Virus record (IMG/VR): IMGVR_UViG_3300043603_000010
Span: 1-64,000 of that record
Direction: 5' to 3' (one strand)
Length of the DNA stretch: 64,000 bases
Origin: a virus
Taxonomy: Duplodnaviria; Caudoviricetes
Below are positions 54,293 through 63,449 of this stretch, piece by piece (positions within the stretch are counted from its first letter, which is position 1; each line of letters begins with the position of its first letter). The notes beneath the pieces are model-generated. The model saw nothing but the letters and a program-made list of their open reading frames with translations, searched no databases and was not told the origin of the DNA. A program made the translations under genes and the position numbers.

Positions 54293-54507
54293 GGGCGCTC
54301 ACCGGGTTCTCCGGCTCTCCCGCCCACCTCCCGCCTTAGCCTTCTCAGGGGCCTTATCTCGGGGGTGTCCGGTGGTCTGGCACCGGCACCTTGTTCTGTT
54401 GTTTCGCGTTCTTTGGTACATCTCTAATGTACTTCGCAGAGATGCGCTTGTCAAACTTTCCGCAACGCTCTGACGTGCAACGTTGAAGATTCTTTGAGAA
54501 AGTCTCC
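54293..54507 (-). promoter_or_regulatory. Repeated strong leftward promoter plus leader, copy 1
   Basis: Minus strand TTGACA (54454-49), 17 nt, TACATT (54431-26); TACAT-TAGAG-ATGTA palindrome. Confidence 0.85.
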
Positions 54508-54515
54508 CGTCAGCC

Positions 54516-54695
54516 CTACTGGCGGGTGCGCCATTCGGCGACCCATTCGGGATGGTGCTCGGGGCACCAGGCGTCCCCGTTCCGCTGGAGGAACCAGCCG
54601 TCGGCTCCCGCCCTGATGGCTCCCCAGCGGTGGACGGGGTACGTCTTCTCGCAGCCCTCACGGCTGCACTTCCGGTGGAGCGTCTTCGGCTTCAC
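54516..54695 (-). CDS. Small Zn-binding protein
   Basis: CSREGC...GWFLQRNGDAWCPEH. Confidence 0.55.
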   Translation of the reverse strand: MKPKTLHRKCSREGCEKTYPVHRWGAIRAGADGWFLQRNGDAWCPEHHPEWVAEWRTRQ

Positions 54696-54697
54696 GG

Positions 54698-55213
54698 TCA
54701 GCCCCCGTTGTCCTCGATCCAGGCGGCGGCCTGCTTGGCGCTGCGAGCCTGGTGAGCAGTGAGTCCGGTGTCCCGGTCCACCACCCAGAACGCCCCGTCG
54801 GCGCGGTTCAGGTAGTCGTCGGCGTGGTGGGTGAAGTACCGGCCCGCGTTGCCCTCCGCAGCCGTGCGGAGACGGTTCACCTGGACGTAGGGGCGTCCGT
54901 TGCTGGCGGTCCCCCGGTACCAGCCGGACAGCCCGTACGCAGCCGCGTACGCGTCCAGACGGTCCGCGTGGAAAGGACGGTCGGCCTCCGAAGAATGCAT
55001 TTCCGCTCCGGCCAGTGCCAGCATGACGTCCAGGTGCGGACGCCCCTGCCGCTGGTACAGCGCTGCCAGCCGGGCGCTGCCCCAGGCGGCACGGCGGTCC
55101 TGCGCTTCCAGGAGTGCGCTCATGGCAGTCATGGACCATGAGCTGACCTCCCGGTCGGGGACCGGCGGTGCGTCGGGCAGCGTGGCCATCAGGTCGGGCA
55201 CGTCGGTCGTCAT
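54698..55213 (-). CDS. Hypothetical protein
   Basis: GAGAGGAGGAACCG-ATG leader. Confidence 0.65.
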   Translation of the reverse strand: MTTDVPDLMATLPDAPPVPDREVSSWSMTAMSALLEAQDRRAAWGSARLAALYQRQGRPHLDVMLALAGAEMHSSEADRPFHADRLDAYAAAYGLSGWYRGTASNGRPYVQVNRLRTAAEGNAGRYFTHHADDYLNRADGAFWVVDRDTGLTAHQARSAKQAAAWIEDNGG

Positions 55214-55467
55214 CGGTTCCTCCTCTCAGTGCTTGACGTGGGTACGGTGCACGGCCGGGGCGCTGTGCCGGACCGGCGCCGGTGTGGAAGCGTGCCGGAC
55301 CGGGGTCGTCAGACCGCCCCTGGAGCCCAGCCAGACGGCCAGCAGCACCAGGAGGACCGCGACGGTACCGCTCAGCCAGGACGGCACGCTGACGCGGCTC
55401 CTGCGGCTCTCGCGGACGTACGTGCCCCGCCGGACCGGGCGCCCCTTGAGGCTGCTCCTGCGCCTGC

Positions 55468-55830
55468 TCACGATGTCCCTCCTTCCGCTGCCTGCGGCAG
55501 CAGTCCCAGCGCGGTGAACGCGCGTCGCAGCTCCTCCGTGCTGACCTTGACGTCCTGGTACCGGCCGTTCCCTGTCTGGAAGTAGAACCAGCCGTCCCGC
55601 GCCGCGCTGAACTCCAGCGCGAACGCGGGATCGAAGTAGTCCAGCGCGTAGCACATGTGCGTGAGCCGGTCCGGGACCCCTTCCAGATGCGGTCCGGAGA
55701 CCAGGCCGAACACGCGCTGCTTCGGGTCGTCGCCCGGTTCGCCGGAGACGCCCAGCAGGGCAGCGGGGTCGTGCCGGTCGCCGTAGTGCACCGTCGCCTG
55801 GACGGTGGCCGTGCACAGGTAGCGGTCCAT
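55468..55830 (-). CDS. Hypothetical protein
   Basis: GGAGG RBS, coupled. Confidence 0.55.
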   Translation of the reverse strand: MDRYLCTATVQATVHYGDRHDPAALLGVSGEPGDDPKQRVFGLVSGPHLEGVPDRLTHMCYALDYFDPAFALEFSAARDGWFYFQTGNGRYQDVKVSTEELRRAFTALGLLPQAAEGGTS

Positions 55831-56114
55831 CACGGCTTCGCCTCCTGGATCACGTTGTCGATGTAGCTGGAGCACTCGGTGTCGTTGAAGTCGAAGAAGC
55901 TGGTCACCCGGCCCTGCCGGTTGAGGACCAGCACGACGATCCGGGGCCAGCCGCCACGGCTGCGGATCCGGTACTTGACCGTGGTGTGGCCGATCAGGAG
56001 GGCGGCGCCCAGGCTGTGGTACGCCGTGTCCTGGCTCACCGGGTAGCCCTGGTACCCCGACAAGTCGGAGTAGACCCGTTCGACGTCCTTGTAGTTCTCT
56101 TCGGTGTACGGCAT
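55830..56114 (-). CDS. Hypothetical protein
   Basis: AAGGAGAGGACGC-ATG leader. Confidence 0.6.
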   Translation of the reverse strand: MPYTEENYKDVERVYSDLSGYQGYPVSQDTAYHSLGAALLIGHTTVKYRIRSRGGWPRIVVLVLNRQGRVTSFFDFNDTECSSYIDNVIQEAKP

Positions 56115-56418
56115 GCGTCCTCTCCTTGGTCGTCGGATCCGTGCTTGCGTGCTCCCCGGTGCCTTGACGGCGTACGGCGGATCCCGCCGGGGAACTGGAT
56201 TTCTCCTCAGTACTGGGGCGGGTTCTTCGGCCCGCTCGGGTTCGGTCGGGGAGGCCACTCGGAATGGTTCTTCGGCCGCTTCGGAGTGGGCGGCTTCGTC
56301 GGCCGCTTCGGCTTGTCGGGAGTTCCGGACACGTGCTCTCCTTTGTCGGTCCTGGTGTTCCTGCGTGCCCCCGGCCCGATTCGATCAGGCACCTCACGGC
56401 TGGTCGGGGGCTCCGTGC

Positions 56419-57666
56419 TCAGCGGTTGGTCAGCGTCATCAGCTGACGGTGCGCCTTCGTCTTCGTCTCGCCGTCGGTGTCCAGCAGCAGGGCGGAGGCG
56501 CGGGCGATCTCCTCCGTCATGGTCTTGCCGGGCCGCTTCGGGGCGACGTGGTCCAGGTAGTCCGTGATGGCCCGCTCCGCCGCGTAGGCGGTCCGGCCCA
56601 GGTTCCCGGCCTCGGTGCCGAACATCCCCATCAGGGTCTCGGTCCGCTTGGCCGCGATGGTCACCGCTGCCTTCTTCGTGGTGTCCTCCTCCGGCGTCCA
56701 CAGGGTGTCCAGCAGGGCCTGGAACTCGTTCAGCGCGATGTCGGTGTGCGCCAGCGCGGTCTCCTCAGCGGCGAACGCCTCGAAGTAGGTCACCGACATG
56801 CCGAGCGCCCGGCGGGCCTCCTTGACCCGGTCGGTGATCCCGGCGGTGTGGCGGATCTTCCAGATCCGCTGCGCGTCGCGGACCGCGAAGCCCTCGGTGT
56901 TCTTGCACAGCGGACGCCACGGAGTGGTCATCGCCTGGAAGGACCCGGTGCCGTCGTGGGTGTTGCGGACCATCACGAACGGAACGATCTCATCGTTGAT
57001 GCCCTCGGGGTCGATCGTGACCGTCTGCGGCAGCCGCAGCGAGACGAACACGCTCGCTCCGTTCCGCATGGTTCCGGCGGACTCGAAGGTCACCGACATG
57101 TCGCCCACCAGCTCCTGGAGGAACCCGAAGGCGTCGGTGTTCTGGGTCGGGGTGTAGCCCGCCCCGACGGCACCGAGCGGGGCGCCGGTGTCGGTGCGCA
57201 CGGTGACGAACCGGCCGGGGTGCTCGCGGGTCTCGCCGTCCCAGGTGAACGACGCGGGGATCTTGGCAACGGTGAAGTCGTTACCGGACAGCCTGAGTGC
57301 CTCTTCGATGTCCGAAGTGCCCTCGGGGATGACCTGGCCCAGCGCGTGCCATGCGGGCTTGCCCGCGAGGTAGAGCGCGGTGGACCCGTCGGCCAGTGTG
57401 TCCAGGCCGGTGTTGGCGGTGACCTCGATCAGTTCGCCGGTGGCCGCGTTGCGGTTGACCGTGAAGGTCTCTCCGGCATCCCAGCCCTCGGTGACGGTGT
57501 AGGTGTCGCCGCTGACGCGGGCCTTGCCGTCGGCGACCATCTTGTCCAGGCCCGCGATCCGGTCGGCGGCGGATGCGGCGCGCCGGATGTCGGCGGTCCG
57601 CTCGTTCTCCAGCTGGTTCACCTTGGCGGTGGCGAAACGGTCGTTGACGTCGATCGGTGCGGACAT
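56419..57666 (-). CDS. DUF932 / TIGR03299-like phage-plasmid protein
   Basis: PAWHALG...FVTVRTDT...LGAVG..YTPTQN..AF.FL...FESAG.MRNG..VF...NTHDGTGS...TPWRPLCKNT...IRHT. Confidence 0.85.
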   Translation of the reverse strand: MSAPIDVNDRFATAKVNQLENERTADIRRAASAADRIAGLDKMVADGKARVSGDTYTVTEGWDAGETFTVNRNAATGELIEVTANTGLDTLADGSTALYLAGKPAWHALGQVIPEGTSDIEEALRLSGNDFTVAKIPASFTWDGETREHPGRFVTVRTDTGAPLGAVGAGYTPTQNTDAFGFLQELVGDMSVTFESAGTMRNGASVFVSLRLPQTVTIDPEGINDEIVPFVMVRNTHDGTGSFQAMTTPWRPLCKNTEGFAVRDAQRIWKIRHTAGITDRVKEARRALGMSVTYFEAFAAEETALAHTDIALNEFQALLDTLWTPEEDTTKKAAVTIAAKRTETLMGMFGTEAGNLGRTAYAAERAITDYLDHVAPKRPGKTMTEEIARASALLLDTDGETKTKAHRQLMTLTNR

Positions 57667-57803
57667 GGTGTGCTCCTTGATCGGTCGTGAGGCTGCCGCA
57701 CCTCCCGGACGGGGGTGCGGGGCGTGCTCCCCGGTGCCTTGCGGCGTACGCCGACCCCTCGGGGTCGCGGCGGGTGCTGGTCGCGCTGTTCTCGGTGGAC
57801 GCC

Positions 57804-58008
57804 TGCCGGGTTCTCCGGCTCTCCCGTCCCTCCCGGTCTTAGCCTTCTCAGGGGCCCTATCTCCGGGATGTCCGACGGTCTGGCGTCGGCGCCTTTGCAG
57901 TTGTTTCGCGTTCTTTGGTACATCTCTAATGTACTGCGCATCTCTGCGCTTGTCAAACGTTACGCAGTTCTCTGACGTGCATCTTCGTAGATTCTTTTAG
58001 AGAATCTC
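57804..58008 (-). promoter_or_regulatory. Repeated leftward promoter plus leader, copy 2
   Basis: TTGACA (57956-51), 17 nt, TACATT (57933-28). Confidence 0.85.
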
Positions 58009-58010
58009 AC

Positions 58011-58042
58011 GTCCGGCCGGGGATCTCGGTCCCCGGCCGGAC
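58011..58042 (-). terminator. Hairpin terminator candidate
   Basis: GTCCGGCCGGGGA...TCCCCGGCCGGAC. Confidence 0.6.
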
Positions 58043-58048
58043 CGGCGG

Positions 58049-58399
58049 TCAGTGCTGCTCGGGCTTGTGGGCCCGCAGGGTGCCGTTACGGCCGACCTTG
58101 CCGTTCTTGCCGCAGTCGCGGCAGTCGTCGTAGATCCGGCGGCTTCCGGTGCGGACGGTGCCGGAGTTGGGGCACATCGCGTCGGCCTTGGCCGCTGCCT
58201 GCGCCTGTCCGGCTGCGACGTCCTCGGTGGTGCAGCAGTCGGCGCAGGGCGTCCAGTCCTGGACGTCTTCGGCCGGGATGGCGAAGGGGTCGCCGGTGGC
58301 GATCAGCCGGTGGGCGTTGGCGCAGTACCAGGAGGTGTGGCGGTGGGTGCCCTTGCCGGTGCGGTAGTAGACGGTCGCGGTGGCTGTGGTGGTGTTCAT
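58049..58399 (-). CDS. Small Cys/His-rich protein
   Basis: HRH...YC...PCADCC...CPNSG...CRDCG...RAH. Confidence 0.6.
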   Translation of the reverse strand: MNTTTATATVYYRTGKGTHRHTSWYCANAHRLIATGDPFAIPAEDVQDWTPCADCCTTEDVAAGQAQAAAKADAMCPNSGTVRTGSRRIYDDCRDCGKNGKVGRNGTLRAHKPEQH

Positions 58400-58482
58400 C
58401 TCAGGCTCCCTGGTCAGTGTCTTCGTTTCGTTCAGCTGTGCGAACAACAGAATCCGTGCGGAGTGCCCGGCCGGGCTGGCAC

Positions 58483-58737
58483 TCATACCGCGTCCAGTAC
58501 GGTCCGACCGGCGTCCGTGATGCGGTAGACCCTGGGGTGGTAGTCGCGGCCCTGGAAGTCCTGGAGAACTTCGCCCGACCGAACGGACTCGATCAGACCC
58601 CGGCGCTTCAGGGCGTCCAGGCCGTTGGCGGTGCAACCTCTGGCGTTCTGTTCCAGGGTTCCGACAGTCGTGACGGTTCCGACCGTGCTCAGGTTGACGA
58701 GGGTCTTCATCATGTTGGCGCTCAGTTTGGTGTTCAT
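58483..58737 (-). CDS. Small winged-helix protein
   Basis: LDALKRRGLIE...YRITDAGRTVL. Confidence 0.6.
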   Translation of the reverse strand: MNTKLSANMMKTLVNLSTVGTVTTVGTLEQNARGCTANGLDALKRRGLIESVRSGEVLQDFQGRDYHPRVYRITDAGRTVLDAV

Positions 58738-58901
58738 GGGGTGTCCCCTTGATCGGTTCAGATGATTGGCCGTGCGTAGCGCTCGGCAGCGGTACTTGAT
58801 CCGCTGCCGGGCCGGTCGTGCAGGTGGTTCGGTTCACCGTTCCTCAACCCGGTTCGACCGGGGAGGCCTTCGGCTCTGCGCTGTGTTCGGTTGTTCTGAA
58901 T

Positions 58902-59110
58902 GGGCGCCCACCGGGTTCTCCGGCTCTCCGCCCCTCCGAGTCTTAGCCTTCTCAGGGGCCTTATCTCTCGGATGTCCGGTGGTCTGGCACCGGCACCTTG
59001 TCCTGTTGTTTCGCGTTCTTTGGTACATCTCTAATGTACTGCGCAGAGATGCGCTTGTCAAACAGTACGGAGCTCTCTGACGTGCAGTTATAGAAATTAT
59101 TTGAGGAAGT
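58902..59110 (-). promoter_or_regulatory. Repeated leftward promoter plus leader, copy 3
   Basis: TTGACA (59061-56), 17 nt, TACATT (59038-33). Confidence 0.85.
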
Positions 59111-59132
59111 TTCCCGGATCGGAGACGCAGAA

Positions 59133-59160
59133 CAGCCCCCGGAGACTGCTCCGGGGGCTG
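59133..59160 (-). terminator. Terminator after the glycosylation cluster
   Basis: CAGCCCCCGGAG...CTCCGGGGGCTG. Confidence 0.7.
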
Positions 59161-59180
59161 CTTCGGTACGGCGCCGGTGA

Positions 59181-60059
59181 TCAGTCGGCGAAGGCGCGCC
59201 GGACTCCTTCGTCCAAGGAGACGGCCGGGGTCCAGTACTGCGCCATCAGCAGCGGGTCCCCCACCCGGCTGAGCACTCCGGCAGGGGCTGAGGGATCCCC
59301 GATGATCTCCGGTTCGTACCCGGCCTCGGTGCAGACCCGGCGGGCCAGCGCGTAGAAGCTGGTGCCGGAACCGGTGCAGATGTTGATCGGCCCGTCCGCT
59401 CCGGCGGAGACGGCCGCCAGCGTGCCGTTCACCACGTCGTCCACATGGACGAAGTCCCGGACGCAGTGGCCGCACCACAGCCGGAACGGGTCCTCCTTCT
59501 TCTTCGCCCGGTCCACGAACGCGCGGAACGGGTAGTCCGCGTCCTGGTCGGACCCGTAGCCGGAGAACGGCCGGACCACGGTGACCGGGACTCCGGCTTC
59601 GCGCAGCCGCTGGCACAGGATCTCACCCATGACCTTCGTCCAGCCGTACACCTGGTCCGGCTGCATCACGTCGTGCGGCAGGTAGACGTCGCCCTCCTTC
59701 AGGCGGGACCCGTGGTTGCGCTGGTAGGCCACCGGGTACGCGGCGCTGCTGGAGAGGTAGAGCACCCGGCCGGGCTCCGCCACGGCGGCCCAGCGCAGCA
59801 GCGCCGCGTCCAGTTCCAGGTTGACCGCCGTGGCCAGGGGGTCACCGTCGATGACCGCCCGTCCCCCGACCACGGCCGCACAGTGCACCACCAGGTCGAA
59901 CGGCTCCACCTTCGCGCCGGTGCCTCGCAGCCAGTCCCGGACGTCCTGGGACGGGGAGTGCCGGATGTCGATCCCGGTCACCGCGTACCCGCGCTGCTTC
60001 AGCTCTGCGGTGAAGTGCCGTCCCAGGAACCCGGCGTCGCCGGTGACCAGTGCACGCAT
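59181..60059 (-). CDS. NAD-dependent epimerase/dehydratase (extended SDR)
   Basis: ALVTGDAGFLG, LSSSAAY, YGWTK (YxxxK), RPFSGYG, RDFVHVDD. Confidence 0.92.
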   Translation of the reverse strand: MRALVTGDAGFLGRHFTAELKQRGYAVTGIDIRHSPSQDVRDWLRGTGAKVEPFDLVVHCAAVVGGRAVIDGDPLATAVNLELDAALLRWAAVAEPGRVLYLSSSAAYPVAYQRNHGSRLKEGDVYLPHDVMQPDQVYGWTKVMGEILCQRLREAGVPVTVVRPFSGYGSDQDADYPFRAFVDRAKKKEDPFRLWCGHCVRDFVHVDDVVNGTLAAVSAGADGPINICTGSGTSFYALARRVCTEAGYEPEIIGDPSAPAGVLSRVGDPLLMAQYWTPAVSLDEGVRRAFAD

Positions 60060-60127
60060 GGAAGAGCCCCTCACGCCGTGGATGCTCTCCGCAGCGTAAG
60101 GGGCGGGTACTCCGGGCTGTGCCCGGG

Positions 60128-60721
60128 TCACCAGCGTTCGGGCGACCCCGAAGTGTTGCCGGTCGATCCGGGTCCGTGGTTCCAGTACCAGGTGCGCCGG
60201 TTCAGATGGACGAACTGCGCGCCTTCGGCCAACATCGCCCGCCAGGCGCCCCAGTCCTCGTTCGGGTTGTCCGACGGCCCCAGCGGCTGGAAGCCCCCGA
60301 CGTCCCGCAGCAGGTCCGTGCGCACCAGGACGGTGACCGGGATGTAGTTGCGGCGCTCCAGTTCGGAGGCGCTGAACGGCTGACCCTCCATGTCACCGAA
60401 CGGGTCGAAGCCCCCGACCACGGTGAACCAGGGGTAGACCAGGTCGGCGCCGGTGGCGTTCTGGAGGGCGAACATGCGCTCCAGGTGCTCCGGGTCCCAC
60501 CAGTCGTCATCGTCCAGGAACGCGGTCCACCGGGTGTCGACCATGGCCAGTCCCCGGTTGCGAGTGGCCGCACCGCCCTCCCGTCCGTGGTCGGTCACGG
60601 TGACCAGCGCGTCCGGTCGCAGCGTCTGCATCAGGACGGAGTCGACCGCCCGGTGCAGCTCCTTGTCGGCGCGGGGCGGAATCGAGGGGATCACAGCGGT
60701 CACGCCGGGGCGCAGAGGCAT
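60128..60721 (-). CDS. Glycosyltransferase family 2
   Basis: VTAVIPS...RAVDSV...GGAATRNRGL...AFLDDDD...EDWGAW. Confidence 0.88.
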   Translation of the reverse strand: MPLRPGVTAVIPSIPPRADKELHRAVDSVLMQTLRPDALVTVTDHGREGGAATRNRGLAMVDTRWTAFLDDDDWWDPEHLERMFALQNATGADLVYPWFTVVGGFDPFGDMEGQPFSASELERRNYIPVTVLVRTDLLRDVGGFQPLGPSDNPNEDWGAWRAMLAEGAQFVHLNRRTWYWNHGPGSTGNTSGSPERW

Positions 60722-61335
60722 CAGTTCACCAGCCACATCTGTGTAGGGACCACGTCGGGGGTCAGGTACTCCGGTGTGAAGACCTGGTGCGCCACGGTGC
60801 GGGCGAATCCGGCCGCCGTGAGCATCGCGCCCACGGCAGGGGAGTCCCAGCCCCAGTAGTGCTCCGGGTTTCCGTGACCGGTCTCCCCTTCGGGAGTGGT
60901 CAGCACCAGGTACCGGGTGAGCGGCCGGAGCATCCGCAGGAAGGCGTCCGGATCGTCCAGGTGCTCCAGGGTCTCCGAGCAGACGAAGAGGCACTGCCCT
61001 TCACCCATCATCCTCAGCGTGCCCGGCAGGGAGCCGACCACGTCCAGGCCGAACCGGCTCGATTCCCCGTTGACGTCGCCCAGGAACGGGGGCTGCCCGG
61101 TACTGAGCCGGGCTGCCAGGGAGATCGTCAGCATTCCGTCCCCGCAGGACAGGTCCGCGATCCGGAAGACCGACGGCTGACCCCGGTCGGACGCCAGAGC
61201 CGCCACGGTGAATTCCACCGTGGCCTTCACCCGTTCTTCGTGGTCGGGCCACCAGGTGTGGTCGTAGCCGCTCGGGTAACGGTCGGTGTAGAACGCGGCG
61301 GTGTCGTCCACGGCGGGCCGCAGCCTGGTCCTCAT
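60721..61335 (-). CDS. Class I SAM-dependent methyltransferase
   Basis: IADLSCGDG; CSETLEHLDDP; LVLTTP; NPEHYWGWD. Confidence 0.85.
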   Translation of the reverse strand: MRTRLRPAVDDTAAFYTDRYPSGYDHTWWPDHEERVKATVEFTVAALASDRGQPSVFRIADLSCGDGMLTISLAARLSTGQPPFLGDVNGESSRFGLDVVGSLPGTLRMMGEGQCLFVCSETLEHLDDPDAFLRMLRPLTRYLVLTTPEGETGHGNPEHYWGWDSPAVGAMLTAAGFARTVAHQVFTPEYLTPDVVPTQMWLVN

Positions 61336-61979
61336 ACCGCCACCGCCGGACCGATGGCCTGGACGACCTGGAACAGGCCGACTTCCGCCTGCTCGGTGAG
61401 CTGCCATCCGGCACCGTTCAGCATGTCCCGGTACCCCTGCGCGTCCCAGGCCCAAGCGTGCTCCGGGCTGTGGCTGGCCGGGCTCTCGTTCCACGGGGAG
61501 GAGCAGACCAGCTGCTTCACCCCGCGCAGCAGCAGCCTCCGCAGCACACCGTGCGGGTCGGCCAGGTGCTCCAGCACCTCGGTCATCACCACGACGTCCC
61601 CCAGCGCGGTCTCGGACCAGTCGGCTCCGAAGACGTCGCGTGCGTACGCCTGCACCCCGCGCTCGGTCCATCCGGCAGCGTTCGCCGGGGCGAAGTCGTA
61701 GCCCCAGCACTGCCCCAGGTCCGGACTGCCCTTCAGCAGAGAGAGCAGCCCGCCGTCCCCGCAGCCCAGGTCGGAGACGGTCAGCGGGACGAAGTCGGTC
61801 ATGCGCCAGGCAGCGGCCTCCCGGTGGCTGCGGCCGAAGTCCCGGACGAACGCGGCGGCCTGCCGCAGCCGGGGGACGTGGAACTCCTGCTCCAGGTGCG
61901 GGGCGCGCTCCCGGTCGGCGTGGAACTCCGGCGTGCTGACGTACGGCACGTCCCCCTCGAACAGCCTGTACTCGGTCAC
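61332..61979 (-). CDS. Class I SAM-dependent methyltransferase
   Basis: SDLGCGDGG; WGYDF; TEVLEHLADP; SPEHAWAWD. Confidence 0.88.
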   Translation of the reverse strand: MTEYRLFEGDVPYVSTPEFHADRERAPHLEQEFHVPRLRQAAAFVRDFGRSHREAAAWRMTDFVPLTVSDLGCGDGGLLSLLKGSPDLGQCWGYDFAPANAAGWTERGVQAYARDVFGADWSETALGDVVVMTEVLEHLADPHGVLRRLLLRGVKQLVCSSPWNESPASHSPEHAWAWDAQGYRDMLNGAGWQLTEQAEVGLFQVVQAIGPAVAV

Positions 61980-62662
61980 AGCCCGTACTCCTCCTTCACC
62001 CGGTCCACGGCCCGCGCGAACCGGCCGTCCGAAACGAAAGCCTCCCATGCGGCACGGTCGGCGGTGTCCACGGAGGGCGCGTTCACTTCCGCGTACCGGT
62101 CGTCCCACGGCGCGGTTCCGCCCACCGGGTGCAAGTGCTCGATCACTACGTCCGGCAGGTGGACCAGACCGCCCAGAGCCTGCCCCAGGGCGAGCCAGAA
62201 GTTGTCGGCATACAGATGCGTGAGCACCGGCGGGGCGAAGAACCCCAGCGCGGTCACGACCCGGGACGGCATGAACACGGCCGTGGGCAGGTTCGCCCCC
62301 TGGATCCGGTCGTCGCCGTAGACCACGGCCGGGCCCTCGCGGTCCAGCGCGCTCTGGACGGCGGTGTCCCAGTGCTCGGTGCGCGGCAGGTGGTCATCCC
62401 CCATGAAGCCGATCCACGGGTACCGGTCGGCGTACTTCAGCGCCACCTGGTTCAGCGTGCCGACCAGCCGCAGCCGGGGGCCCATCGCCACCCGGTCCAG
62501 CCCGATCTCCAGGTAGCGGCCCCGCTCGGGGTCGTCGTCGTCCAGCGCGTACAAGAAATCGGCGCACCTGGAATGGGTCTCCAGGCGCGCCGTCTCCAGT
62601 CGCCGGACGTTATCCGGTCGCCCCCGGGTGGGAACGACAACGAGAATACGTCCTTTGCCCAT
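61976..62662 (-). CDS. Glycosyltransferase family 2-like
   Basis: ILVVVPTRGRP...LDDDD...FMGDDH...HLYADN...IEHLH. Confidence 0.85.
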   Translation of the reverse strand: MGKGRILVVVPTRGRPDNVRRLETARLETHSRCADFLYALDDDDPERGRYLEIGLDRVAMGPRLRLVGTLNQVALKYADRYPWIGFMGDDHLPRTEHWDTAVQSALDREGPAVVYGDDRIQGANLPTAVFMPSRVVTALGFFAPPVLTHLYADNFWLALGQALGGLVHLPDVVIEHLHPVGGTAPWDDRYAEVNAPSVDTADRAAWEAFVSDGRFARAVDRVKEEYGL

Positions 62663-62664
62663 GT

Positions 62665-63099
62665 TCAGTCCTTCTCCCTGTTGGACGGTGCCTTCCAGGC
62701 GGCAATTCCCAGCACCGCCACGATTCCGAGAGCCAGCACGGACCCGGCCATGGCCTGGAATCCGGCGACGACCGTCCCGAACAGCGCCATCGCCAGGAAG
62801 ACGACAGCTGCCACTGCTCCCAGCACGATAGCGACAGCTCCCGCAGCGAGCGGAATCCCGACGAATCCGAGAATGACCCACTGCCCGTGCTTGTCCAGCG
62901 GACCCGCTTCCTTTTCAGCGGGCGGAGCCTGTGGCGGGGCGGCGTGGTAGTGGACGTGCACGCTGGACCCGCCCGACGGCGGCACCCCGTGCGGGTACCT
63001 GCTCAGCGCAGCGGCTTCCCGGATGGCCCGGGACACCTGGTCCTGCGCGGGCAGGTCCGGGTCGTAGGGCTCGATCTCCCCGTACACCGGCTCAGGCAC
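62665..63099 (-). CDS. Membrane protein, SpdD-like (plasmid spreading) candidate
   Basis: Pro-rich N-terminus, VHVHYH, two C-terminal TM helices. Confidence 0.5.
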   Translation of the reverse strand: MPEPVYGEIEPYDPDLPAQDQVSRAIREAAALSRYPHGVPPSGGSSVHVHYHAAPPQAPPAEKEAGPLDKHGQWVILGFVGIPLAAGAVAIVLGAVAAVVFLAMALFGTVVAGFQAMAGSVLALGIVAVLGIAAWKAPSNREKD

Positions 63100-63376
63100 G
63101 GCGCCGCTCCTTCCGCAGTTCGGCCCAGGCGGTCACCAGGTAGATGCCCAGGCACAGCATCACGTCGGCCGCCAGCAGCATGACCTCCGCCTTGGCGAAC
63201 GCGTCCGTGCGCATCGGCGGGTTGTGCGCGCCGGTGTAGGACGCCAGCACCAGGAACGCGACGATGCCGAGCACCCAGTGCACCCCCCGGGCCGTCCGGG
63301 TGGCGAACCCCTTCCGGACGATGTCGTTCACGGTCCAGCGGGCCTGGTGTGCCGCCTTGCGGCGGATCTCCTTCAT
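63092..63376 (-). CDS. Two-TM membrane protein
   Basis: GAAGGAGGAACGATC-ATG; two hydrophobic helices. Confidence 0.65.
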   Translation of the reverse strand: MKEIRRKAAHQARWTVNDIVRKGFATRTARGVHWVLGIVAFLVLASYTGAHNPPMRTDAFAKAEVMLLAADVMLCLGIYLVTAWAELRKERRRA

Positions 63377-63449
63377 GATCGTTCCTCCTTCTTGTCACAT
63401 TCGTGTCGCACGCCGTCTGACGCGAGACCCTTCTTAAGGCCAGATGCCG

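Noticed and set aside
54293-59110. Terminal repeats, att sites or IS ends
   Set aside because: Three same-orientation internal copies carrying promoter consensus, with no transposase or integrase nearby.
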